From positions 2,666,001-2,730,000 of the forward strand of contig NEEC01000011.1 in the NCBI GenBank assembly GCA_002189035.1: a stretch of DNA of 64,000 bases, given 5' to 3'. The first letter of the stretch is position 1. Each line of letters begins with the position of its first letter. The notes under the pieces were generated by a model, which saw only the letters and a program-made list of their open reading frames with translations, ran no database searches and had not been told where the DNA came from. A program made the translations under genes and the position numbers. Below, piece after piece: positions 25,601 to 39,047 of this stretch. This DNA is from Utricularia gibba. Its lineage: Eukaryota > Plantae > Magnoliophyta.

Positions 25601-28599
25601 CTACAAGTCCCTGGCCTTTTGCCTCAGCTCATTCAGCTCCTTTTCGATATCAGGATCTTGGAACTTGAGGCTGGAACCTGTGCTTGTGAACGGCCTCCCT
25701 GCCGGCAGTTCTCCCTTCAGTGAAACAGAAGCCGGAGTTAGTTTGGAAAAAAATGTCAGAGTCCTCGGAAGCTACAATGCACCTTGGAGGTTCCTGCGAG
25801 CTCCTTCTTGAGATTTGCGAGGTCGTCGTCAACGGAGGATGTCTCGAGTAAGGCAAACTGCAAGATGAGAGCCTTGATCATACTTACAGCCATGAATTAT
25901 GTAAGATGGTAGTTGCTACACCATTATTGTCGAAGAAGTGCCACTGGGAGATGGATGCTTCATGATTTAGTTAATGTGCAGTGGCATGGTACGCATGGAT
26001 CTTACCTTTCCTTCAAGTTCATCGGAGGTCAGCTCATTCAGTGCCTCGGCCTGAGACTCCAGTGCCATGACTGCAGGGAAAAAGCTCATTATGCATCATA
26101 ATTTGAGTTTGCATACTGCAGAGGATTTTCAGGGGGAGGAAGTCTAAGAGACCAGTGATTTATGTGTAAGAAGGCAGAAAGTATTTCAGAAGTTCAATGT
26201 TCAATAGGATTGATGCGTAAAGATGATAAAGTACTGGTTTTGAAAAAAAAAAAAAAAAACTGCAATCAACTCACCCTTTTCTTCCATCTTCTCAAAAGCT
26301 GATAAGGCGCTGCTTGTATTTATATTTCCCAACATCTCACTTACTTTATTAGCAGTTCTGAAAAAAAAAAGAAAGGCGATAAATAATCACGAGAAACCCA
26401 AGTTGCGCAAAGAAGCCAGTTAAGGAAAATGACTAACTTGGCAGACTGAGCCCGAGCTTTAAGAGTGTCCTTCTTAGATTTGGCTTCTTGTATTTTGCTT
26501 TCCAGGAGCTGTAGAATATTAAAATTTTAAGACTTGTAACTCTTCACATCTAATATTCCAAAGCCATTTATTTGACTACCATGGCAGCTGGAAAAATAGA
26601 AGAATTGGAAGACGAACAATATTGGAAATGTAACTGAGCACCCAAAAAGCATGCAGCTAGAGGAAAGGTTTTTAGTTCATCAACATACTCTTGTATTGCT
26701 GACGAGATTATCAACAACAGCTTTTTGTTGATCGAGTTGAGCCTTCAAAGCATTTGCATTACCCTGCAGATTTTTTCATGAGTCATGAGGATATCCATAT
26801 GGCTGGCTACATATAACAAAAAGATCTAGAGCATTTGCTCGCTCACTGCCTTTACTGCATTATATCTCATCAAATTTTCAAGAGAATGATTAAAAGTATA
26901 TATCTAAATTAATGCATGACGCACAAATGGAAAAATGTATCCATATATTTGCCCCAACGTTTAAGAACACTTCATAATTACTGAAGATGTCAGAGACTAG
27001 GAGTTACCGCATACTCCTTCTTACGTTTCAGTGCTTCACGGGCAAGTTCGTCAGCCCCCTTTTTAACAGCTAACTCTGCTTTCTTGCCCCTGGATAATAT
27101 CTTGTTGTACAAATAAAAATTTCACATAGATAAAATAGGAAAAACGTCGAAAGCTTTTACTTACCACTCTTCAGACGCTAGTTCTGCAGCTTTATATTTA
27201 TTTTGCAGTTGTTTCTGTGACGCCAAAACCTAGGGAGCCAAGAAACGTCGTGTGAGTTCCCTATTTGAGTGGGAGTATGATCTTCCTTAGAGGTTTTCCT
27301 TCCAGAAAGAAGGACATATACAAACTTTAAATCATCGTGGACGTCCACACAAAGTTACTTAAAGTACTTGCCTACTCAAACTCTCCAAAATATGTAACTG
27401 AGATTGTACAATTTCAGTATCAATATTCGAATCTACAAACATTTGGTTTTAAAACCTATGAAATTCCAAGCATTTTCAAATGCTAATATCCCATTCAAAT
27501 ATGGATACCTTCAAATACTCACAGCTAACTAGATGCAACTTGAAGTGAAGAAATAAAACTAAATGATCACAGCAGGATTACCTGTGCTGTAGCTTGACGC
27601 ATCTTGACCAGATCATCGTTCATCTCAATAACTGCTTGATCCAATATCTTCTCAGGGTCCTCGAAAGAGCTTATTACGGCATTTGCATATGACTAAAATC
27701 AGAAACATAAATTATGACAGGTACAATGGCGCAAACCTATACATGAAACGAAAACTCTATAAAGAATCTAAGGATTTCCAAATGACCTTTATAACTCTAG
27801 CGAGGCGATCAAAGAGATTCATTTGTGTACCAAGTGCACCTCTCAGGTCACTGCTGCATCTGGGTTCACAAGAGTATGATAGTCTTATACCACCATATTT
27901 TGGTGTTCCAACTTCAAACACAACAAAAGAAACGTATTAGGTCATAACCGATAATTATCCAAAGAAATTATGAAAAATTAGATACCAGCCTCCAGGAATT
28001 GGGAAGAACTTGCAATTTAGACAGACGGTGCAAATTACAGCATGCCAATTTCTTGAAGTTTTTTTTTTTTAATTACACATGAAAGCAAATAAATGCAAGC
28101 AAGGCATATTACATATTTCAAAAACCGCATGATAAGTCTTCACCATTTCAGCAGCAGAGAGTATAAAACAAATAGCAATGGTGCTTGAAAACAGCGCCTA
28201 AGGCTGAACAAAAATAAAAGGTATAAAACAAATAGTAATCGGGCGAAAAATAACAGAGGCTGAAACTAGAGATTTCCCTCATGCATTTGAAACGGTATAT
28301 CAAATGCACCCACTGATGCATGCTGCACGAGATTCCCTCCCCACTCAAAAACTGATCGCGGAAACAACATAAATTACTCTCAGAAGATAAACTAAAGTTC
28401 AACCACATTTCTTCCACCAAATAAAATAAAAAACAAATTAAAGCGCCCCGAACGCCTTCTAATTACCTCCGCGGCCCCAAAACGAGGCGCTGAAAGGACG
28501 CGGCTTAAACAAAGTGACGGCTTTATCGGAGGAGGAAGCGGAACAAGTTACAGTAGTCGGAACTACGGTCATCCAAGTCGGTGGCGCTCTGACGGCCAT
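25601..28599 (-). CDS. VIPP1: Vesicle-inducing protein in plastids 1 (PspA/IM30, ESCRT-III family)
   Basis: Eleven in-frame exons: [61 protein letters not shown].../[13 protein letters not shown]/.../[20 protein letters not shown]/...[16 protein letters not shown]. Confidence 0.93.
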
Positions 28600-29057
28600 G
28601 ATCAACGACTCCGGTTCTGCTCCTCTTCCTGCAAACGCGGTCAGTTTCAGGCGACAGGTCCGGATTGGCAAAGGGCACAACCAAATGCTTTCTGCTACAA
28701 CGCGGATTCAAGCATCGGCCGAGAATTTCAGAGGCTTCTTCTGCATTTCATTCCCCTCGTTTGTGGTCTCAAGACGAGGATGAGATCTCTTATTTCGATT
28801 AACGCTTCCACAACTATTCCTTTTTCTTTTTCGTTTTTTTTCATTAAAATAAAATATAATTAATACGTAATATAAATATATAGTTACACTATAAAGTAGC
28901 TATTACAAAGACTGCCCTATCATATACACATGGATTCAGGCCACCTTCTCCAACTCATGTAGACATTCGAAGCCGAATGGGTATTCAAAACAGACAATAT
29001 CGATTTTATTGGTTCAGAATATGCATCCCTGCCTCTAACATGTTCATCCTGGAGGTC

Positions 29058-30553
29058 TCAAAGCACAAACTTGTGCTGGATAATCTGGTTGCAGGTTGAG
29101 GACTGCAAAACAGAAATGCAGACAAGCAGAGACGATGGGAGATCACAGGCATATGGGGTTTTTCTTTACTGCTTCTATACATGTAACTTTGTTTGGAAAA
29201 TATGACACAGTAATCAGCGAAAGATCATACCAGGAAAACAAAAGGAAATCATAGTCTGTGTGTGTGTTTGTGTGTTGGGATACTGTAGTGCTCAGATTGC
29301 AGTTTCAAGAAATGGCCCTCAGCATAGTTGCATGTTTGCTCTGTACAAAAAAACAAGATTATCTCATTCCACAACCACATCTAGCGAATGAATGCATGAT
29401 ATTCAACGATGGAATCTGTTTTCCGAATGTGGCAACAAAGGAAAAGCAGAAGCGAAGCAACCACCACATCTAACAAGGAATGCTCAATAGTGAAATTGAG
29501 GTCCAAGGATTCAAAACTCGAGCTGTAAAGTAGACAGATCACAAAGTTATTAAGTTTGCCTGATGTAAACACAGGAATCAGCCCTTATACCAAATCTTTG
29601 ACACGAGCAATATCACTACAAGCGTGTGAAAACCAGCGTTTTCTTCAAAGGATGAGTTCAAATAGTGAAAACTTGCATTGTGAACCGAGTACAAACCAAG
29701 GAAACACAGACACGTCAATATTAAGTGGAAGAACTCATATTTTCTAACTGTTAACACTATTGCAATTACAGGGCTCTATTGATAAAAGCTTAGAACTTGG
29801 ATCACACGATAACTTGTACTGTTATTTGACAGTTTTAACATCAGGAAAGAGGCAACATTATTGGAAATCTACGTGACAGCAGCCGCTTATAACAATTTCT
29901 AGCTATCGGCTACTCTGCATAATGCAATTTCAAGAAGGAAAATTCAGTTTCAAAATTGTATACTAACTGCAAAGGATGCTCATGAACCCAGAAAAAAAAA
30001 AACAGACAAAAAAAGAAAGCAGGCATACATGCAGGCAATGAAAAACACTAACCTCAACTATTCGCACACGATTTCCTTCCAACAAAACGACATCACTTCG
30101 TTGATCATATTCCTTACCCTGTACACTGCAATCCTTGGGCGTCTCGAAGAATGACAATGAAAACTGCTTCGAAACCAAGCCAACATCGAAGTATATCAAC
30201 CCAGAACTAGGAACATCCACCTGAATCCTGTTAACGGGTAGCCACAGAAAGAGGTCCTCCGCAGCGACGCCCGTCAAATTGTCAATTCTCCCGTAATCTA
30301 TCCTCCCCGATATGTCGCCTTGGTATCTAACGCGCGTCTCAAATTTGGCGTGGCACGGAGACGGAGGCATCAAATGGAGGCGGAAGCTTCCGGATGAAGG
30401 GTCAACAAAGAAATCAGATATACCCTTCGGAAATAGGCCAACCGGAAGAGAGTAGGAACCGAGTACGTCGTAGAACGAGGCCGCCGCAGGCGGTGACGTC
30501 GACTCCGAGCGGGTGACGAGAATCACCACGAACAACAGCAGCATCATCGCCAT
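29058..30553 (-). CDS. Secreted DUF538-family protein
   Basis: Exon 1 30553-30053: signal peptide, YDVLGSYSLPVGLFPKG, EDLFLWLPVNRIQVDVPSSGLIYFDVG..KQFSLSFFETPKDC. Putative last exon 29102-29058 has a strong acceptor and is 15 codons to a stop; this exon is less certain. Confidence 0.8.
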
Positions 30554-30650
30554 CCCGTTTTTTTCCCCAAAATTTTACCGAGACCACAAAACCCAGGGCT
30601 TAATATCCCATTTCCAGGACAATTACCCCCAAAAAAGATTCTTTCTTTCT

Positions 30651-30651
<1 letters not shown>

Positions 30652-30694
<43 letters not shown>
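30652..30694. repeat. A43 homopolymer in divergent DUF538/PUT spacer
   Basis: Read directly. Confidence 0.9.
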
Positions 30695-30697
<3 letters not shown>

Positions 30698-31071
30698 ATT
30701 CCAGAAACCCTTCAATGTGCTCATCGGTGAGGATGAATAATTTGGCCACTCGTCACTCTTTTCTTTCTGCGCGCGAAGCTCGGGATTCAGAGAAATGGCG
30801 AAAACATTGAAGAGTCTTCGCTAGTGGACCGTTCCCGGTTCAGACCGGGCGCATACCTATCCCGCATTGGGTGGTGAATGGTGATGGTGAAGAGTGAAGG
30901 CGTGACGCCTCCGAGATAAATTCGTTGATGGCTGCAGGCAGGATCAACAACGGCGCCCAAGAATGCGTAACCGTTGGCATCTGCGAATTCCCTGGTCAAA
31001 TATTTCGGTTGCTAATATAAAGGATGTAAAGTTTGGATCACCCACTTCGGAATTCCGATCTTACAGCCGCC

Positions 31072-32459
31072 ATGGCCGCCATTCAACAAGTCCAGGAACT
31101 CCCAACAACCACTCCGCCGGAAAACGCCGTTCCGAAAGCCAAAAGGTTGACGCTTATTCCTCTTATTTTCCTTATATACTTTGAGGTAGCCGGCGGACCC
31201 TACGGCGAAGAGCCGGCTGTCCAGGCAGCCGGACCTTTACTCGCGATTCTGGGTTTCCTCATTTTCCCCTTCATCTGGAGTGTTCCTGAGGCGTTGATCA
31301 CGGCGGAGCTGTCCACCGCATTTCCCGGAAACGGTGGGTTTGTGATCTGGGCAGATCGTGCTTTCGGACCTTTCTTCGGCTCCCTTATGGGTACGTGGAA
31401 ATTTCTAAGCACAGTCATTAACATCGCTGCGTTCCCTGCGCTCTGCATCGGCTACTTGAAGAGACTTTTCCCTATTTTCTCGTCTGGTTTACCGAGACAG
31501 TTAGCGATTCTGGGTTTCACTCTGGTTTTCTCCTTCTTGAACTACACTGGTTTAGCGATTGTTGGCTATGTTGCTGTTGGATTAGGGATTGTTTCTCTTG
31601 CCCCATTTGTCTTGATGTCCTTGATCGCAATCCCCGGTATTCGCCCACGCAGATGGATCTCTTTAGGACAAGGGGGAGTGAAAAGGGACTGGAATTTGTT
31701 CTTCAACACCCTGTTCTGGAACCTGAACTTCTTCGACAATGTCAGCACCTTAGCAGGGAAGTAGAAAAGCCTCACAAAACATTCCCTTTAGCTTTATTCT
31801 TCAGTGTAATTCTCACCTGTTTGGGTTACATAATCCCTCTCGTCGCCGTCACCGGTGCTGTGGTCGTCGATCAAAGCGAATGGGAGGCGGGATTTATGGC
31901 CGATGCAGCTAGAATCATCTCCGGGCAATGGCTCAAACTCTGGATCGAAGTAGGTGCAGTGTTGTCTTCCATTGGCCTATTCGAAGCCTCTTTGAGTAGC
32001 TGCTCGTACCAGCTTCTGGGCATGGCTGATCTCGCATTGTTACCTCGATTCTTCGCCACTAGATCAACATGGTTCAATACGCCATGGGTTGGGATCATCT
32101 TCTCGACACTGATAGCCCTAGGAGTTTCTTATCTAAGCTACACAGAGATTGTTTCCTCAGCAAATTTCTTGTACAGCTTGGGGATGCTTCTGGAGTTGGC
32201 ATCGTTTTTGTGGCTCCGATGGAAGATGCCGCAGAAGAAGAGACCTTACAGGGTGCCACTGAATCTTCCATTGTTGACCTTAATGTGTTTGATTCCGGCG
32301 GGATTCCTGGTGTTCATCATGGTGATCGCCACGAAGACGGTATTTTTGGTGAGCGGGTTAATGACGGCCGCCGGAATCGGTTGGTTTCTTCTGATGAAGC
32401 TTCTCCGCCGGAAGAAATGGCTGCGCTTTGAGATGGTGTATCACGAACAGGATGACTAA
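31072..32459 (+). CDS. Polyamine uptake transporter / LAT-family APC permease (PUT4-like), intronless, apparent 1-bp deletion at 31756-31758
   Basis: [77 protein letters not shown] | [43 protein letters not shown]. The two halves are offset by one base. Confidence 0.9.
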
Positions 32460-33302
32460 TCCGCCACACACCAATTGCCTCGTTCTCTTTGCTGTAATTG
32501 AATATAAATAATAAATGAAAACAATTCATTAACATAATTCCAAAAATACCCTTCATCCCAATCCTTTAACATTTACATTTTTAAAAATAATTTCGAAATT
32601 ATTTATAATATAAAATGAAAATAATGTAATTTTTTTATTAGTAAATAATATTAAAAATAATTCCAATAATGCATTTCAAAATTTCTTTTTTTTACAAAGA
32701 TTTTCAAAATTTGTGTTCTTTGTAATATAAAAAAGAACATCTTTTTTTGGTTCTTTGGGTGCAGCAAAATTGTGCCTCAAATAAAACATTGGATTCTTGC
32801 TATTATGGCTTACTATAAATAAGCATTTGTATTCTATCTACAGTCAAAATAATCACAATTTATAAGATATCGTAATATTTCTATTGTACTAACTATGATG
32901 CCCCCTAAAAGTTAACATAAAGTCTCCAGACCCAATTTTCATCGAATTCTTTGTATTTCTATGTTGATGTGCATAAGGCGACGGTTGGTTACTTCAGGGA
33001 ACCCAATCCAGAGGAGGAAAGGTTTTTGGATGCTGTTGCATTATATGTGTAGAATGCACATTTGCTGCTTTTGAACTTGCGTCAATAGCATTGCATGGTT
33101 TGTGCTTTCCAAGCCTCCATTCTGACGTTCATGCATTCATTCTTCCCAGAAACACACAACAAAAGAGTGCCTGAATCTTGCCCAATGATCGTCACATTAG
33201 ATAGAATCCACCGCAGTGGGGAGCATGCAAAAGGGGCCATGCACAATACAATGCAGAAATGCAAGGAGCAGCAGCAGAAGCAGCCTTGATTTCTTCACTT
33301 CA

Positions 33303-34363
33303 TCACTCCGAGTCACTCTCCATGCCTCCCATGGCTTTCAGTCCTCGCGGTTTCTGCACAGTAGGTGAAAGATTTGGTTTTCATTTGAGGACAAATGGAA
33401 AGGGAAATGAACTGCAGAAAGAGAACAGAGGCACTACCTTCTTTGAGGTCTTCTTCTCTCTTACTTCATACCTCTCTTGGCACAGATCAGTTAACCATGC
33501 ACCAGGGCTGACCAACTACATCAATTTCCCAAGTTACTTCAGGGATAATCTGCCATTCATTCCGCAATGACAAGAGTCGAGGTTAAACTCAAACTCACCA
33601 GGATTGTTCTCTGTATTAGCTTTGCTCTTTTCTTAGGCCTCTGGGGTGGTTTGCATCCCTTCATTGCCATGAAATCTTCCTCCTTCTCTTTGCTCGACAG
33701 TGCGATCAACAACTTGGGCCACACAGCCTTCTTGTTCTCCTCTGGGGGATTTGCAAACAATGCAGCCTTGTTGCCATCATCATAACCACAAGAGTTTCTT
33801 GTTGTGTAGTACCGGTCTTCCTTCTCCAGGGACATGGAGGCTACCCCCTTTTGGTTATCATTAGCGTTTGACCTGGAAATGTACAATTCCCAGACATGAT
33901 GTGCAAGAGGGAAAGAGGGAACACATTTCGCAATGTTCCTTTGCTATCAGATTTATCAGTCACTACAATGAGAGAGCATCATTTGGAATATGCTTTTTTT
34001 CTTTTTTTTTTTTTTGGTTTCAAGAGACTGCAATGCACAGAATGCTCCAAAACCAGTAAACCAACTAAGGAACAACAGAAGCAAGTTAACTGCCAAAATA
34101 AGCGCATAACAGACTCAAAAAGATTCAATTTTTTCAAGAATTTGTCACCTATTGGTACGAAGGGGAGATGGGACTGGGAGAAGGCCGTGCCCATCTTTAC
34201 TACTGCTGCTCAAATTTGACTGGTTGCTGTAATTATCAACTACTCTCGAAGTCATTTTCTTCTTCACGACGCCTCCAACTCCATCCGATTTTCCATTCAA
34301 AGATGAGTCTTTTACCTTCATACATCTCAACCTTTTTCTATTTCCCCACTGCAACTTATCCAT
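33303..34363 (-). CDS. DUF1639-family protein
   Basis: LQWGNRKRLRC N-terminal motif; WPKLLIALSSKEKEEDFMAMKGCKPPQRPKKRAKLIQRTIL/LVSPGAWLTDLCQERYEVREKKTSKK/KPRGLKAMGGMESDSE*. Four in-frame exons. Confidence 0.88.
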
Positions 34364-35221
34364 GTGAACAAAATCTGCAAGGAAGACAAAACATTCAAGC
34401 ACCCCACTTGAGATCTTCCAGAAGCAGGAAACAAAACAGCAGAACACTGAATTAAGCTTCTGGGTATCAGCAAACAAAAGATCTGGGTCGAGATCTGAGG
34501 AAAAAAAGACAAACAAAAAAAACCATACCTACTGAAATTCGACTGAGGAAAAGGAGGGAACTCGAAGGAAGATGGGGAAAACAATGAGAGAGAGAAAGGA
34601 GAGAACGGCAGAACACGAGATCTTCGACCTCTTGCTGCTTTATATCACAAAATGAAGAACTCAGGGGTGAGAAACAGGAACAGATTTGATGAATGGATAT
34701 TATCGTAGTGCTGCTCTACAGCTTGCGCTCTCTTCCTCCCTTTTCTTCTTCTCGTTGTCGTTGCTTTGGTTTGTCAATTGCAATTTCTAGTGTTCTTCTG
34801 GTTGAGGAGATGATGCTGCAACCGGAAAAATGCCGGCCGTTGGATATTGAACGGGCGCTTTGATGAGCATATTAACTCACAATTATTTTACTAGGAAAGT
34901 GTAGACCATATATAAATGAATATATTTATTTTCCCTTTCAAAAAAAAATTGATCTTTTTTAATCATGATTACGGAAAATCACACCTAAAACCACCAACCG
35001 AGCCGTTTGATGGATTTTGAACAGTTCAAATGTGGATATTCGGTTTGATCAACCAATTGAAATCCTCAAACAGGAGTATTCCAAGTGAAATACCAGGACC
35101 CAATCTCAACAAAGTGTGTTTGGTTTACAGGGTGTTGGAGAAAGGGTCGGCAAAGCAACACTTGAAGATGATGATAAGAGACTGCACCTCCTCCACAGGA
35201 AGGGAAATGGGTAGCAGAAGC

Positions 35222-36058
35222 TCAGGGTCTGCCTGCTCCTACGCCAGCTTGTGCACCTTGGCTCAGGGAGATCATCCTGCAGGTAACCAGTTCAAGGTCT
35301 GTGAGAACATGGGAACGGAGAAGAGATGGCAAAACTCCAACATATTCCATTTCTCAATGGTGGCTTGATGGGTGTTGTGTATGGTGGTTTGGTGATTTAA
35401 TTATGTGGAAAGGCATACCCTTGGGCGTCTGAATCTCTGAGGAGGCTCACGGTTTCTCCTATCAGTGCGAGATCACACCCTAACAACCTTTGAATGAATG
35501 GCACAGGAAACACAGTACAGCATCTTTACTTAGAGCTTGGGAAGTGTGTATGCTACACACAAAAAAAAAAAAAACATGTTTCCCTCCATCAAGGATCATA
35601 TAAAATGTGTCGAGTAAATGCAAAAGGAGGTTCTTTGTTCTGGAAAAAGCGCTCACAGTCAAAGGCACAGGCTTCCTGTACATCCCTGACAGCAGCTTGC
35701 TCAACTATGTTTCTCACAAGGAATCTCTTGATGGCCGTGTCCTGTTGAGCAATTCATAGTACACACAACAATTAATGGAGGAATAACCAGAATCGACTGA
35801 TCAGTTGGCACATCAAGAAGAGCACGCAGACTAGACCGTAACCCAAAATTTACCATGTTTGAAAACGCAATCCGTGCATGGTGAAATTATACCTAAAGAA
35901 TATGCTCATTCAATTTGACGAGTTCCAACAGGAAAAGAAAAAAGCATGAAGGCGTTGGAGAAAACCTTAGGGCAGCACTTCCCGCAGTTGGAGCAGCGGA
36001 CAAATTTGACATGGCCACGACCATGCTTGTTCCGGCCACCATTCCTCCTCTTGAAAGT
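35222..36058 (-). pseudogene. RPS26: 40S ribosomal protein S26 pseudogene (intron-containing)
   Basis: Exons give [31 protein letters not shown] (36058-35966) / [28 protein letters not shown] / [42 protein letters not shown]. In-frame stops TAA (35530-35532) and TGA (35473-35475); last exon also appears shifted. Confidence 0.88.
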
Positions 36059-36264
36059 CTAGAAACACGTATGATCCACAAGATCACCAAAAAGCCACGC
36101 AGATGAAAACGAAATATACACAGGAATCAAAAGAGGGACGATTTTTCGTCATAATCAAATCCAGACACCATTGGATCAACCAAAACTTGGATTCACCGGC
36201 GAGAATTCACACGGTCTCCGGTCCGGTTTGGAGATTGAGGCGCCACGACATCATCGAGGTGCTT

Positions 36265-36341
36265 TTAGGGTTTGATACGAAGTTCCCTGGCCCGACTGGA
36301 GCCGGGCCGGACCGGCGGGTCTGTAAAACAGAACAGGCCCA
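36265..36341 (-). promoter_or_regulatory. Telo-box and site II motif upstream of the RPS26 pseudogene
   Basis: AAACCCTAA on the minus strand (36265-36273) and GGCCCA (36336-36341), the combination typical of plant ribosomal-protein promoters. Confidence 0.65.
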
Positions 36342-36874
36342 CATAAGACTAACCCGCAGAAACTAATTTATTGCTCTTCCGTCGTTCAGTTTGGCACCGC
36401 CGCAAACTCTGGCCCAGCACCGGCACCGGCGTCGTCGTAGGCGTCTTTTTAGCTAAGCTTCGGCAGCTTCGCCGTTTCGTCGTAAGCCGAACTGATCTCG
36501 CGTCATCCTGCTAGTCGCTAGCTTTGAGTGGTGAAACCACGTTGTGTAGTGAGAAATTATTTTCGTCGCTTCTCAAATCTTGGAAAACTGATTTCCTTCA
36601 CCAAGAAACCATTGTTGCAAGTGGAAAATGATGGATCACCCATGACGAAATGGAGGGGAGTTCAGAAACCGAAGACCATGATACACAAAAGGCAAATGGG
36701 GCAAGATAGACTACAGAGTTCTGGGGATTACCAGTGCCTGCGCCCATGGTGGCAATTGTCAAACACGTACTCCTTCCTAAAGCTTGACATGGGGGGCTTT
36801 AACAGCCCCCAAGAATCATAAATCAATGAGGTGCGGGGCAAAAAACAGTGTCTTGATCCAAAGCTCGCACACAA

Positions 36875-39047
36875 TCACAACCCTGCGCTCTTTTCAAGTT
36901 TGTTGATTTGGTTGAGGAATATCCAGGTTAACTGCAAAGGCACACAGAGACCAGATCAGCAAGATATGTCCTGAGATGATAAAATATGTTGTGCAAGATG
37001 AGTGTGGCCTGCTCACCATGACATGAGGAGCAATACGCACGCAGTACACCGGAAATCCAGTGTAGAATTTGAGGGGTCCCCCTGCCTTCAAGGTTTTGAC
37101 AGCACAGTCGAGGGAACCAGAATATGGATACTTTCCCTCAGCATCAGGCTGCATTTTCTGTATTTGAGTCTTGACGTAGTCAAATGGTAAGCTGCAGGCT
37201 GAGGCGAAGAATCCCGAAACAGCACTTGCACCTGGTAACAAGGATCCAAGTCTCAAGTTTCAGATAGGATTTGTGAGATCTCAAAAACTAGTTACTTACG
37301 CAGAAGTCCCACCTACAACAGTAGCAGCCTCGCCTAGGCCAACTGAATCCTTGAAGAATTCAACAGTTTGATCATATGAAGCCAGCATACCCATGTTCAG
37401 AGCCATAGCTCTTACAACCGTGGGGCCAGCACCTTTCCAAAGAGCCAAGACTCCTTCATCAGCAGTAATGCGGTAAAGAGCATGGAATGCATTGGCGTAG
37501 TTGCGTCTCTGGGCAACAGGTAAAGTGGCATCAGCTTGCATTCGTATGAGTGCTAAATCTGCAGGACTACCAACGCAAGCTCCAATTGCTCCAGCAGTTA
37601 ACCCACAAAGAGCTTTTTGATACAGGGGCAATGGCTTTCCCTCATTGGCTTCTAGTGCTTTGTTTGTTAAAATTCTAATTTTCATAGAACCTTCATGTTA
37701 ATTCCCAACTGCTTAAATGAAAAAGAAATATAGAAACTGCAGAATCCAAATCATCAAGAACTCACCTAAATGACCCGAGACGAGCAGTAGTGTATGTAGC
37801 TTGCCTGAGCAGACCAGCAGACAAACCCTATTAATAGAACGACATTAATAGCCTAGAAGAGGAAGGCAAAACTGGAGAACAGGGTCAACAGTAAAAGCGA
37901 AGTAGCCTACTTGAGATGGGCTTCACATTTCAAGATTTTTACAGAAACACAATGGAGAAAACTGAAGTGTGGAAACAAGTCATGGTTATCCAGATTCAAA
38001 CCTGTACACAAGTCAAATAACACTAAAATGCTATCCAATATAATATCAAACAAAATTAACCTGCAGCTACCAGTGTATTCATTAAGCCAAAAAAGAGTTT
38101 GTTGATGCATTTTCATAAAATTCAGGTAGCAAAGTAAGAGTATAGCGGAATGAATCAAACAGCTCGATGATACGAACCTTGTAAAATGCAGCAATGCCGT
38201 CATTTTGAAGCATGTTCTTGGTGACGGAAGCAGCTGAGCCCTGGCCTAGTTGTATTCTCACCTTGGGTTGAAATCAAGCAGATCGCATTAGCATTACAAA
38301 TTATCGGTTATACATCCCACAAAAGAATTAAAGAGAACAGCTGAACAATCTCGTCAACAGAAAATCAAACTAAAAAAAAAACCGCAAAGAAGAGCACCGT
38401 GATTATATTGGGGCCAATGTAGATTCAAGAACCTAATAGAATATCAAGCTAATGCAACATAAAATGCTATAATCCAGAGCTCTCATGGGGTTACCCATAT
38501 AGAACAAAATTAATAGGTAAACCTGTTTTGAAAACTCAAATACTCAGCAAGAAGAAACACACGAGCTAATCGTGAAGGAATTCACTTGGCTGTCACTACG
38601 AGGAACACCAAACCCTCTCATCCTTAAAGCTCAAACTCGCATTTTTCAGATGCCCAAATAGAACTGGATCTAACCTCCGAAACTATGCCAAGAACCCAAT
38701 TTCACGACAAGAAGACAACCCAACTAATCGTCAGGGAAAAGAAATTTCACCCACCACCAACACCAACACGTCAAATACTATGATTCTGTACGCAGTATAA
38801 AGCATGCAGAATCATCATCTGATCCTATGCCTAAAACCCTAAACCTCGATAAGAAAAAGCCATCTCGCTAATTGTCAAAATATACATTACCCACCAATCT
38901 TTCTACGATATACAGACAAGCCAGCCATACCTTGACCATATCGATGGGCTGCACGACACAGGTGGCAAGCATCCCAGAGGCACCTCCATTGACGAAGGGC
39001 TTCACCGCGAACCACACTCCGGTGGATTGGGACTTCTCCTGCGCCAT
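36875..39047 (-). CDS. DTC: Mitochondrial dicarboxylate/tricarboxylate carrier
   Basis: VWFAVKPFVNGGASGMLATCVVQPIDMVK/VRIQLGQGSA../GLSAGLLRQATYTTARLGSF/..GSPADLALIRMQAD../..SLPFDYVKTQIQKMQPD..RIAPHVM/LTWIFLNQINKLEKSAGL*. Three carrier PX[D/E]XX[K/R] motifs. Confidence 0.93.

Noticed and set aside
28161-28235. Exact 15-nt direct repeat GTATAAAACAAATAG, 60 nt apart in VIPP1 intron 1
   Set aside because: AT-rich, only two copies, no terminal inverted repeats inside; at most a small local duplication.
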